Origin: Azolla caroliniana
Lineage: Eukaryota > Plantae > Polypodiophyta
Direction: 5' to 3'
Assembly (NCBI GenBank): GCA_043228905.1
Contig: JBHGNT010000003.1
Span: 4,836,001 to 4,900,000 of the forward strand
Length of the DNA: 64,000 nucleotides
Shown piece by piece: positions 49,757 to 61,840 of this stretch. The notes below the pieces were generated by a model. That model was not told the DNA's origin. It was given only the letters and a program-made list of their open reading frames with translations, and did no database searches. Positions within the stretch are counted from its first letter, which is position 1; each line of letters starts with the position of its first letter. A program made the position numbers and the translations under genes.

Positions 49757-51935
49757 ATTGGAGTGAAATACTTATTAGTGGGATATGATTGTTAGCGATT
49801 TTCCTAGGGTTTTATGATGTTTTACTATTATCTATTTGGACAAGTAAAACCTCAGATTGGTTGTTGCTTGATCCACATTATGTAATGCAACTCTATGATG
49901 TTTCTCCAAGATAATTATGTTCATGTTTCTATGATGGAAAATATTTCATGTTCATTATGTTGTTTTGTGAGACTGTTAGTTACTTGAGTGTGAATATGTT
50001 GGTGTTTTCTAATGTTGCAGAGTCTAAAGGGTTTGAATCTATTGCTCCTAAGGTCGATGACAGTGTGGAAACTATTTATGTTGCTGCGTGTTTAGAGGGC
50101 CACATCTTGAAAGTAGATGTAGCAACTGACACAAATCATCTGGTCACGCAAGTTGATCAAGCATGTTGCACAGATGATCTGATTTTGCATGTAGATGCAG
50201 CATGTGATGCCAGTGGGCTAATATCGACCAGATCAATATCTACATGCACTGAGCCAATGACTAAGTTGACAACACAAGAGCACCAGAATGTGAAGCCAGG
50301 CCCAACACAGTTGACCAGGGGTTTGAAGAGGAAAATGACACCAATTGTGCCGACAAAACCTGAGTTGATTGACCTTGATCGTGTGCTACCAGTAATTGGT
50401 GTAACAAAGGCTCAGTTACAGGAATGGAAACCTAAACCATTAGAAGTCGAAAGAAGAGCCTTGATCTTGGAGCTTGATAAAGTCCTGATGAGTGTGCGAT
50501 ATATGACACCAAGGAAGGACGCAAATCAATTTCTGGAGTGGGTTGTGCAATATTTTGATTTGTTTATTTGGAGCGAAAAACCACGTACAGATGTGTGGAA
50601 GTGTGTAGAAAGATTCTTCCCAAAGTGGCGACAACATTTCAAGGGTCAGTGGACATGAGAGAATTGTGAGCAGAATGATGTTGCAAGATTCAAATAACTT
50701 TCTAATTTTTGGGACACTTGGCCAGATTATAATGCCGACAATATGTTGATTCTCGATAAAGAACATTTCCGACATTACTTCAACATTCATAGATGTTGTC
50801 TCATTCTACCCGATGAAATGCCTGAACACTATTTGGTGAAAAAATTGAGATGCCAACTAGCTACATGGTTGTGGACTCCATACCGTTGTCGCAAAAATAC
50901 GACGAGGATACGTGAACTTGAGGCAGGACCCCGGGGCCTCCGACCGGAAGATATCAGATTCATATGATTATATTAAACAATTAATACAAAATGAGAAAGA
51001 TTCACAAATTTCATTAATAAAGGGAAAGAAAGATTACAATCAATCTCAAGATTGAGATTACAAAAAGTTTAGCTAATGGAGATTACTAGAGTAATAGATA
51101 AGAGGAAATTAAGATATGGATTCTATAGAAAATTAGGGTTTTTTGGCTTTGATAAGAGATTATGGTTTATGAGTTGAATAGCTTCCGTATGGAAAAATTT
51201 GGAATTATGAGTGATAGATCTTCCGTTGTTGTGCCTTACGGCTCCGGATCGTTGCGTGACTCGGGTGGAAACCGCTGGGGTTTTGGACTAGGAGGAAAGA
51301 AAATTCGAAGGCAATTAAGAATGTGAAATATATTGTAAGGAAGAAAGATATGAAAAACTCGTGAATCCCACGAGTATAGTGTATTAGTGAGTACTCAAAT
51401 TAAGAGAGAAAAATAGTTAGCAAACTCGTGGATCCCAGGATTATATTATATTAATCAACCCTTGTAAAAATAATCAACAACCTCTATACATCTTTCTCTC
51501 TTCCTTATATAGTGTTGGAAGAGTCTAAGTTTATCACATGCAAGCATCATGATTTTCCTATCTTTAGTTTTCATGCACACTGCATGTGCATGATTAGCTT
51601 TCCATCTCATCTTTTCTTTTTAACTCGAGTGTCTATGCATGAATAACTTTTTGTACCATGCATGTCTAGAAATTTTACATGGGATAAAGTTTAGTATAAC
51701 TTTAAAATTCATAATACACTAGTATAATGATAAGGCTTAACATTATTAACATGGAGGTGTAAGGTTCGATTCTTGCCCTATGCATGTAATATATAATTTT
51801 ATACTTTCTTCTATTTACAAATATGTCTCTTCATCTGGTGAGAGACTCTCACTGGCATTCTTCATCCGGCTCTTGCCGGTTCTGCTTCATCCGGTTCTCG
51901 CCGGTTTTCTTTATCCGGTTCTTACCGAATCCTTC

Positions 51936-52063
51936 TGTTATGGGCATGACCATATAATATCCCGTGGTAAGAATTTACCGTAATATTCTATACACGTGGA
52001 TAAGTGTATAGAATACTACGGTAAATTCTTACCACGGGATATTATATGGTCATGCCCATAACA
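51936..52063. mobile_element. 128-bp fold-back (MITE-like) element, TGT...ACA ends, 5-bp TSD CCTTC
   Basis: 60-bp arms with one mismatch, 8-nt loop gtggataa; ccttc at 51931-51935 and 52064-52068. Confidence 0.92.
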
Positions 52064-52075
52064 CCTTCTTACCGG

Positions 52076-52780
52076 TGTCGTAGTGTATTCCACACACTAC
52101 GTGAAAACCATAAAATAATATATCCGATTTTAGATACATATAAATAAATAAATAATATATCAAAATATTTATCACGTGCATAGGGCAGGATTCAAACCCT
52201 ACACCTCCACATAGATAAACCCCAACTTTACCATTGTAATAACTTATCTTTAGTGTTATACATATAGATTTAATACATATAAGACCTTTATTTACACATA
52301 CCTATATTTAAAGGTAAAAATCATGTATTCTTTAGGGTGTGAATATTTTATTTACACGTGACATTAAAAGTGACTCATGCACATCTAGCGTGCATGAGCC
52401 CTATAATTAGGAAATGACAAAGCATCACATGCACATTTAGTGTGCATGGACACTTTTGGTGAAAAAGCATGAAGCCATGCTTAGCCTCTTCCATCTTTAT
52501 ATAAGGAGGAGAGAAATATGTATAAGGTTGTTGATTAATATACAAGGATTGATCAATCTAATATATTCGTGGGATTCACGAATTTTGCCATCTAAAATTA
52601 CTCTTATAATCTAAATATTGTTTTAAAAACACTAAACTCGTGGGATTCACGAGATTGCTATCTTACTTCTCTTTCTACTATTCATAACTAGCCTTAAGTT
52701 GTGTTCCTCTTCCTCCTAGTCCAAAACCTCGGCGGTTCCCACCCGACTCACGCAACGATCCGAAGCCGAAAGGCACGACA
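52076..52780 (+). repeat. gypsy 5' LTR
   Basis: Only two substitutions noticed versus 59585-60289. Confidence 0.97.
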
Positions 52781-54707
52781 CAGTTGGTGAACCCGACGTG
52801 AAAACCGGGTAGCAAGGAGATGGAAAATCAACCGGAGGCTAGCAACATGATGATGATGTTCGAGCGCATGCTACAAGAACAACGCGCGATGTCGGAGATA
52901 GCGGCATCAGTGGAGCGGCTCGTGCAACGAAACGGGCAATTCAACGGGAAAGACGTGTCGCGGTATCTTCGGGACTACAAGGCGGAGATGCTACGGTGCG
53001 GAATATCGGAAGGACTGCAAGTGACGTCCTTCAACCGGGTGGCGACCGACGGTCTTCAAGCAAGCATCCATGGGCTACGACAACAAAATCCGACATGGGA
53101 GACGTTTGAAGAAGAGCTAAAGAGGACGTTCGCCATCGAGGATTCCTCCAAGGCGACGCGAAGAGGATTCGAAGATTGGGTGGAGACGCCGGACAAGGGA
53201 TTGAAGATCGTTGATGTGTTTTCGGCATTCGAAAGCCGGTTCGGGAGGTTGTCCGCGAGAGATCAAGCTATCCTCGTACCGGACAAGGTGATCATGTTCT
53301 TGCGAGCCATGGACGTCCGGGACTGGAAAGATCTCGGAGTGCTCTTGGAGGACACGACCACGGAGAGTGGCCTTACCGAAACATGGGAAAGCGTGCGGGA
53401 TATCGTCGCGCGATACACGAAGAGGGGGCAATGGCTTGCCAACGAGGAAAAGAGGGTTTTGGAACCGATTTCGAAACCGAGAACCGGATTGGAAGACCAT
53501 CAACCGAGGGCTTGGGAGACTACAACCGAGAAGGGAATTGATGCATCTACGGTGGAGCAACTATTGAAGGAGATGGAGAATCTGAAGATCGCGATGGTGA
53601 AGAAGTCGGATGACCGCCCCACAAGCTCCAAGTATACGGACCGACGGTGCATATGGTGCGATAGCGTCAAACACGATCGGAGGGATTGCGACGAGCATAA
53701 GGAGGCGCTACGGCGGGATCTCATCTACTACGAGGGAAACCGGATTCATTCGATGGACTCTCGGAAGCCACTCCGACCGAACTTCTGGAAAGGCGGCATG
53801 AAGAAGGTGCTCGAGGAGGAATTGGCGGCAAGAAGCAACTATGCGACAACCGCGGGAATATGTGTCGGAGAGTCATCGAGCGCAAAGACGTCTTTTTGGC
53901 CAGAAGTTCTAGAAAACACCGAGAAAACCGACTCCAACGAGATCCGAAGCACCGCGGAAGGCGTCCGGGAAGCTACGGGATGGGAGTGCCCTGTCGACAA
54001 GAATAGCATATACGCCCTGTGTCAATTGTATGAGGTGTATGTGGACGAGAAACGACGACGCATGGAGGATGCGGCCGGGCCATCGAAGATACCGGAAAGC
54101 TGGAACTCCAGAGGTAAGGGAAAAGAAAAGGCGACTCCGGCATTCAAGCTCGCCTCGGACATAGAACAACAAACCGACTTGAAAAGAGTGTTCGAGGAAA
54201 GAATCTTGGATAGCCGGATAGATTTCTCGCTTCGGGAGCTACTCGGAATAGCAAAGAAGGAGTTCCACGATCTTCTCGTGGATCTCGTGAAGCGAAAAAG
54301 ACAAAGTACGGAGGAAAATGCTCCAAGGGTGAATGTGAACACCATTTTAATGAACGACACCGAAGTGGAGGACGAAATTCCGAACTCCCACTATACAAGG
54401 CCACATGGGGCACGCGCGACTACGGAGACTCCGGTCCGAATCGGCAACATCAAAGAACCCGTGCTAGCATTGATTGATCACGGATCGGAGATCAACTTGA
54501 TGTCCAAGGAGTTCTACCGGAAGGGGAAGTGGCCTATTAACACCAACCATGGATGGAAGATTCGGGCGGCCACCAAAGCAACGGAAGATCTATTTGCGGC
54601 TTGACCGGATGTGACGGTGAAGATCGGGGATGTCGAGATCGACCAAAATTTCTTCGTGCAAGATGAGGTTTCACATTCCGTCATCCTCGGCCAACCCTTT
54701 ATCACGG

Positions 54708-55677
54708 TGTCGTGACGTGGCTCGCCTAGAAGCGTAGCGTTGCGCATACAAAAGATAACGTGAAAGTGAGGAAGGAATCACAGGGATTATGGACGGAAGA
54801 GACGAAAGAGTAGAGATAGAGTGAATAGAGATCAATAAGATATGACAAAATAGGATTTTTAAGGAATATAAGATAAGACAAGATAAGATATAAAATAATA
54901 TATGAGAAAGTGTATGAAATTTATAATCATTTTCATGAAAGAGTTACAAAATGATTGTGCACGTCATTGAACCTCCGAACTTTGTCTTGCAAGGTAATCG
55001 CTCTTCTCTTTCTTGATCGTAGACCACTACAATCTTCACTTCAATATTTTGATGAAGATAAGGCTTGAACCGCCTCCCTCTTGTTGAGAGTTGACCACCA
55101 CGACCGCCAAGCTAGAGCTCCACGTTTATGTTAAACTTCTTCCATTCTTTCTCTATTTTTATGGTATCTCTTATGTAATACATAATTTGATTGATATCTC
55201 ATACATATCTCCCTTTGATCTTCTCTTTCACCATTTAAATAGGTGCCCCCATGCATATGATGCATTGGAGGGTACAAGTCATGCATGTAGTGCATGAAAT
55301 GCATGTGATGCATGATTGCCATTTGGCGTTCATGCATTACATGTGATGCATGATAAACATCTCGCTCATTTGAGCTTTTATGTATGAAACAATATATGCA
55401 ATAACAATAAACATGAAAACATAATCTTAAAGAGAAAGGGCCTAGCCTAATGGTAAGTGTGTTGACTTTGGTGTATGAGGTTGTGGGTTCAAGTCTCAAA
55501 ATACTATTGAATACAACATACAACTTTATTTTTATATCATGAAGCAAATCCTTTATGTAATATAAAGTATATATAAAGTATGCTTTATTTTTTTGTATAT
55601 TACTAGTATAGAATAAATGGTAAGATTTGAGAGTCATAGTGTGGGGTTATTGGTTCAAGTCCTCTCTTGTTCGTGTA

Positions 55678-55710
<33 letters not shown>

Positions 55711-55845
55711 TTCTTTACATATATATAATATTATCATATGTGTTGTTAATATTATCTTTATATATAAAACATGATCAAATGTTATTTTAGTTACGTATTT
55801 ATCTTATTGTAGACTTTTAATGTGAAGCTTTCGTACTTCACGACA
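54708..55845. mobile_element. solo LTR C (1138 bp) inserted in the gypsy protease
   Basis: TGTCGTGA...TCACGACA termini; TSD ACGG (54704-54707, 55846-55849). Confidence 0.93.
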
Positions 55846-55994
55846 ACGGCATCACGGATGGAGACGAAGGTGCTCGATAGCGGTGCGGCTTTTGCGCGAA
55901 TTCGGAGCCAAAACGGTGGGAAATCCGTCCAATTCCTAACGGTGCCGGCAAATCACGAAAGGAACAAGAGGGAACTCTTGTCCCAAGTGAGAAT

Positions 55995-56004
55995 GGATTT
56001 TTAA
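55995..56004 (+). promoter_or_regulatory. putative -1 ribosomal frameshift site between gag-pro and pol (GGATTTTTAA)
   Basis: gag-pro ends ...MDF*. The -1 frame GGA TTT TTA AAG is the frame of pol ORF 56139-56990. Confidence 0.6.
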
Positions 56005-59000
56005 AGTGGACTATTGCGGAGTGGGGAAGTGATAGTCCGAGAAGCCCTGATACCCCACACAGGAAGAAAACTCTCGGAGCAAAACATGTATGAATCGGTC
56101 CAGATGGGGCATCTACGTACACGACCGTAACCGGAGGATTGAAGAAAGGATACCGACAAGTGGAGGATAAGTTGCGGTCGGCATCAATAATAAAAGAAGA
56201 TGAAGAAATCGTGGGGATAGTCGAAGAAGTGTTCCATGGGAGCACGCTACAACGACTTGAAGAGCTTGCGGAAGATAAAAGCCAAGGGAACCGGGTAGTC
56301 CCGGTGGAATCGGTCGAGATTTACGAGATCATTGCGAAAATGGAGCTGGATACGCTCCGCAAAGAAGAAGCAATGGTAAGTACGAAATACAAGACCGTGG
56401 AGAAGAAGGTGAAACCGGCCGCGGGACCACTACCCGCCGATAGCGAACAAAAGAGGAAAGAAGTCTCGGGAGATCCGACACTTCGGAAGTCCGTGGATAT
56501 CGGACATGCCTTCACGGATGAGACGCGGAAGAAACTTCGGATCGGTGGAGGTGGGTTCCTATTACAAAAAGAAGAAGAACGGTTTCGCGAGATGTTGGAG
56601 CAACACGGCAAAGCGTTTGCATTTACATCAAGGGAGATAGGGTGCGTCGATCCGAGAATAGTGGAGCCGATGGTGATCTTCACGATTGACCATGTACCGT
56701 GGAACCTGAAGCCGATTCCGGTGCCACGAGCGCATATTCCGAAAGTCATTGACTTGCTCAAGGAGAAGGTGGCGATGGGGATTCTAGAGCCATCAATTGC
56801 TCCGTATTCAAATCGATGGTTTACGGTTCCGAAGAAGAATGGGTCACTCCGATTTATCCAAGACTTGCAACCGGTGAATAAGGTCATGATCCAGAACTCA
56901 GGAGTTGGTTCGATAGTGGACGAATTTGCGGAAGATTTTGCCGGTCGTGCGATATACTCCACCGGAGACCTATACTCGGTCGGGGTATGACCAATTCCAA
57001 CTAGCCGTGGAGAGCCGAGACATCACAAACATGCGAACACCGATAGGATTAGTCCGAATGTGCACACTACCACAAGGAGCGACAAACTCGGTTGCTCATA
57101 TGATGAACGCGATGAACAAGGTGCTTCGAGACTGCATTCCGGAGATAACGATGCCATTCCTCGATGACATTCCGATGAAAGGATGCGCGGTAGAAGAAAA
57201 AGATGAGACTATGGATGATCGGGGATGCCGAAAGTTCGTGGTCAACCATATTCATGATTGCGAGAAAGTGTTGCGAAAGCTAGAAGATGTGCACCTAACA
57301 CTTTCCGGGGAGAAATCGGCATTCGGGCAAGAAGAAATATTGGTGGTGGGACATCTATGTGGGCCCTACGGCCGAAGACCGTCACCAACAAAGATCGATG
57401 CGATTCAAGCTATGGAGGAAATATGCGAGTCAACATCCGAAGTCCGAAGGTTTCTCGGTGCATGTGCATTCTATCACATATGGATTCCGCACTATGCACA
57501 TATAGCGGACCCGCTCTACCACTTGTTGCAGAAAGGTAAGAAATTCGAATGGAAACCGGAACACACCAAAGCCATGAAGAAATTGAAGAAGACACTTCGG
57601 AGGGCGGAAGCACTTAAGAAGCCGAGCTACGACCGACCGATCATAGTAACGGTTGATACAGGTCCAACCGGTATCGGGTGGGTCATCAATCAAGCCGACT
57701 CAGATGGTTTGCGGTATCCGATCCGATTCGGAGCAAAGGTTCTCAACGAAAGGCAACGTGGATATGCACAAGTCAAAAGAGAACTGTGGGGAGTCGTGTC
57801 GGCGATAAAATCGGATCGGGATTATTTGATCGGAGCCGAAGTGGTGATCGAGACGGATTGTCTTCCGATACTCGGGATGATGCGGTGTTGTACGATACCG
57901 GATGTAGCTATGCTAAGGTGGGTTGCATATGTCAAGTTGCTTAATCCGGAGGTTCGACACATCTCGGGGAAGGACAACGCGGTAGCGGATATGTTATCAA
58001 GGGCTCGGTTCGGAGACGACATAACCGAATCGGATAATGAAGAAGTTTCCGAAGACTACTTCGCGTCGGAGCACATATGCCGAGTGAATGTAATCCGAGA
58101 ATTCCGGGAAGAAGAATACGAGGGAGAAAGCTTGATGATCGGAAAGATGTTACAAGAGGCCGAGGACTCAACAAACGATAAAGGAAGAAGAGCCAAGATC
58201 CGAAGGAAGAAGAGGCAAGTCCAAAAGTTCTTCTTGGAAAACGGATTAATATGGAGGGCGCCGAAAAGACCGGATGGTATACCACTTCGAGTAGTCGGGA
58301 CAAAAGAGCAACGAAACCGGATAATGTCCGAGTTTCACAAATCCGATTGGGTTGGACACCGAGGAACATGGGCAACATTTGTGAAGATCAAGCAAAAATA
58401 TTGGTGGAAGAAAATGTACAAAGATGTCGCGGAGTTCACGGAAAGCTGCGAGAAATGTCAAGTCTACTCCGGGGTTCGACATCGAGATGAGTTACATCCG
58501 ACATTCTCACCGACAATCAACTTCAAGTGGGTGGTCGACATAGTGGCCATGCCGACCGGGATCGGACAAAAGAAATACTTGGTATTAGCTCGGGAAGATC
58601 TCACGAATCAAGTAGAAGGTCGAGCACTTCAGAGGAAAACGTGTTCCGCGATATGCCAATTTCTTTTGGAGGAAGTATTTTGCAGGTACGGGTGCGTAGG
58701 ACAAGTAATTACGGACCGGGGAGAACTCGACTCGGACAAAGCTAGGGGATTCTTCGCCAAACACGGAGTTCGGTTAACGCTGACAACAACATACAATCCG
58801 GAGGCCAACGAGGATATAGTCCGATCGTGAAAGCACTTGCGAACGCATGCGATGGAAAGGTGAAGGACTGGCCGCAAATGCTTCCGTATGCACTATGGGC
58901 GGATCGGACGACGCATAGCTCCGTAACCGGTTACATGCCGGTAGAACTCATGACTGGACAAGCACCGGTAATGCCGACGGAAACCGCGATCGCAACATGG

Positions 59001-59627
59001 ACAGTGCTACCGTGGAAGGAAGAGATGAGCCGGGAAGAACTACTAGCGGTCCAGATACGACAACTAGAGGGAAGACCGGCAGACATAGCGGAAGCAATAC
59101 GCCGACAACAAGAAGCACGATTCCGGAACAAAAGCCGGTTTGACACAAACCACCGACTACGACCGAGGAGGATTGAAGAAGGAGATTGGGTGATCGTCTA
59201 TGACAGTAGTTTGGACCATCAACATACAACGATGCGGAAATTCGTGAAAAGGTGGTTCGGGCCATACGAGGTTCGGAAAGTCTTCAACAACGGAACGTAC
59301 CGATTGTCCGAGTTGGATGGAACAATACTACGAGTGCCTATAGCCGGGAAGCGGGTGAAGATTTTCGAGAAGCGGACCGACAACAAACCCTATGTGATCC
59401 AAGCCAAGGCCGACAACGAGGAGCAATCGGACGAAGACCACGGTGATGCGGGAAGCGAAGAAAGTGAATTACAACTCATAGTCGACATAAGGGGAGAATC
59501 GGAGGAAGCTTTGGGTGAAGACGGATATGAGGAATCGAGAACTTCGGCACATACCGGAGGATGTGCGGGTTCGGAGGGGGCGAGTGTCGTAGTGTATTCC
59601 ACACACTACGTGAAAACCATAAAATAA
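55995..59627 (+). pseudogene. gypsy pol (RT-RNase H-integrase) with one stop and two frameshifts; ORF ends inside the 3' LTR
   Basis: PKKNGSLRFIQDL, LPQGATNS, PFLDD, ETDC, NAVADMLSR, H..GH..CEKC, TDRGE, WFGPY. TGA at 56091; extra tcgg near 56980; deletion near 58810. Confidence 0.93.
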
Positions 59628-60289
59628 TATATCCGATTTTAGATACATATAAATAAATAAATAATATATCAAAATATTTATCACGTGCATAGGGCAGGAT
59701 TCAAACCCTGCACCTCCACATAAATAAACCCCAACTTTACCATTGTAATAACTTATCTTTAGTGTTATACATATAGATTTAATACATATAAGACCTTTAT
59801 TTACACATACCTATATTTAAAGGTAAAAATCATGTATTCTTTAGGGTGTGAATATTTTATTTACACGTGACATTAAAAGTGACTCATGCACATCTAGCGT
59901 GCATGAGCCCTATAATTAGGAAATGACAAAGCATCACATGCACATTTAGTGTGCATGGACACTTTTGGTGAAAAAGCATGAAGCCATGCTTAGCCTCTTC
60001 CATCTTTATATAAGGAGGAGAGAAATATGTATAAGGTTGTTGATTAATATACAAGGATTGATCAATCTAATATATTCGTGGGATTCACGAATTTTGCCAT
60101 CTAAAATTACTCTTATAATCTAAATATTGTTTTAAAAACACTAAACTCGTGGGATTCACGAGATTGCTATCTTACTTCTCTTTCTACTATTCATAACTAG
60201 CCTTAAGTTGTGTTCCTCTTCCTCCTAGTCCAAAACCTCGGCGGTTCCCACCCGACTCACGCAACGATCCGAAGCCGAAAGGCACGACA
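59585..60289 (+). repeat. gypsy 3' LTR
   Basis: Direct repeat of 52076-52780. Confidence 0.97.
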
Positions 60290-60899
60290 CCGGTCCTCTT
60301 CGTCCGTTTCTCAGTGACTCTCACCGGCCTTCTTCATCCGGCTCTTGCCGGTCTCCTTACCGGTTTCGGTCCTCACTGGTTCTTCCTTCCGATTCTCACT
60401 GGGTACTCCATATCCTATCCGGAGAAACCAAAAATGTAATTTTGCACGTAGTGTGCGAATTACGCTACGACACTGTAGAGAAAATTAGGATTAGGTTATA
60501 TGAGTATTATTGCTTCCGTAGGGAAGATTAGGGTTTTTGAGTGTTATGGCTTCGATAAGATAAGAGAACCGAGAAGGAAACGAAAAATAATGGAGAGAGC
60601 CTATGGAGAGGATGAGAGTATAGGAAAAAAATGGAATATATGGGGAGTTCCCCGTTGATCATATGCATGTCTACTTTTTGTTGCATGACCTCTACTTTTA
60701 GTTGCATAGCTTCTTCTTTTAGTTGCATGGCTTTTTCTTTTAGTTGCATGTGACCGTCCACATGACCTTTACTTTAGTCTCTTTTACCTTTCTTTAATTA
60801 GCAACATGATCCTTTTATCTGTTCGGTTTGCGTCCAACCTTGTCCGGTAGCCGGTTCCATCCGGTCGCCGATTGTCGCCGCCTCACCGGCTCTGCCGCC

Positions 60900-61130
60900 G
60901 AATCCGATTTGCTTACCGACCGGTTTCCAATTTTGCTTGCCGGCCCGATTCCGGTTTTGCTTGCTGGCCCAATTTCCGGTTTTGCTTACCGGCCCGGTTC
61001 CAGTTTTGCTTACCGGTCGGTTTCCGATTTTGCTTGCCGGCCCGATTTCAGTTTTGCTTGCCGACCTGGTTCCGATTTTACTTAGTGGCCGGTTTCCGGT
61101 TTTGTTTGCCGGCCCTGTTTCAGTTTTTGG
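60900..61130. repeat. 24-bp CCG-rich minisatellite inside solo LTR A, ~9 copies
   Basis: ttcc(g/a)(g/a)ttttgctt(g/a)ccgg... repeated at a 24-bp period. Confidence 0.9.
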
Positions 61131-61840
61131 GAACTTAGCCACCATCATCCATCAAGACAAAGTGGCCTAAGTGCTCTTAGCACAAATGAAAATGAGAGAC
61201 TCAAGGTGCTTATATAGCCAGGGCGTTAAGTTTCCTATCTATGTGGGATAAATAATAGTTCTATTTTCCCTATCTTCTCAAACATCCATCTTCTATAACA
61301 TACCATTAAGCTAATATAAAGTACTTATTTTATTATTTATTATTATTTTTTACATAGTGCGAGAAGATTCACACGACACCGTGCTCAATATGGAGATCAT
61401 ATATGTAGAGAAGTTCCACTAACTAGCAAGAGCTTAACTGTTTATAGAAGATTTCAAGTCATTGGCAATGGGATGTTATAAATATGTAATTTGCTACCAC
61501 TTAATCAATGAAGAATTAAATTGCTTGTTTTGAGTAACTTATCTAATGTGTAATTTTAAGAGTATGTTCAGGATTGCTGATTTCATGATAGTGCTTTTTC
61601 TTAAAATTATGCAAATTATTTTAACTTGTACATGGTTCGCTTGAGTAAATCTGTATCTTAGAAAGAAGAATCTTAAACGATATTATTAAACTGTATATAT
61701 CAGATAGAAGACTGATAGAAGAAACACAAAAAGTAGACTGTATATGAAAAAAAAACTCCCAAACAGGTCCATTAAACTGTTTATTTGCAATACATGTGCT
61801 TTGTTTGTTTTACAAAAAAACTGGTAATTGCTACTTGTAG

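Larger units (their letters stand above)
52820..56004 (+). pseudogene. gypsy gag-protease ORF (stop at 54602-54604; solo LTR inserted at 54708-55845)
   Basis: FNGKDVSRYL gag, CIWCDSVKHDRRDC knuckle, DUF4100-like RILDSRIDFSLRELL, LIDHGSEINL protease. ILGQPFIT-ASRMETKV rejoins across the insertion. Confidence 0.9.
52076..60289 (+). mobile_element. full-length young Ty3/gypsy element (non-chromovirus, possibly Phygy/Selgy-like)
   Basis: 705-bp LTRs 52076-52780 and 59585-60289; TSD CCGG; PBS TGGTGAACCCGACGTGA (52785-52801, complementary to the tRNA-Trp 3' end); PPT ggagggggcgag; gag-PR-RT-RH-IN order. Confidence 0.97.
51227..60472 (-). mobile_element. solo LTR B (relative of the young gypsy's LTR, opposite orientation), second nest layer
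   Basis: 51227-51300 is a diverged reverse complement of the gypsy LTR 3' end; 60440-60472 is a diverged reverse complement of its 5' end. TSD CCGT/CTGT. Confidence 0.85.
50887..61378. mobile_element. solo LTR A (gypsy type; own sequence 50887-51226 + 60477-61378), outermost nest layer
   Basis: TGTCG...CGACA termini; TSD CCGT (50883-50886, 61379-61382); gcttccgta..aaaattagg motifs continue on both sides of the inner insertion. Confidence 0.85.
50021..61481 (+). pseudogene. FCP1/NIF (CPDc, HAD-fold) phosphatase-like exon, interrupted by the LTR nest; pieces 50021-50886 and 61383-61481
   Basis: Acceptor aatgttgcag| at 50020. RALILELDKVL...PRKDANQFLEWVVQYFDLFIWS...YNADNMLILDK...N follows the NIF-domain pattern. 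Removing 50887-61382 continues the frame WLWTPYR-AQYGDHIC...GML*. Confidence 0.65.

Noticed and set aside
53031-59602. Many antisense and alternate-frame ORFs in the gypsy interior
   Set aside because: Shadows of GC-richer gag-pol sequence; no independent motifs.
60798-61170. Overlapping repetitive ORFs
   Set aside because: Translations of the 24-bp minisatellite in solo LTR A.
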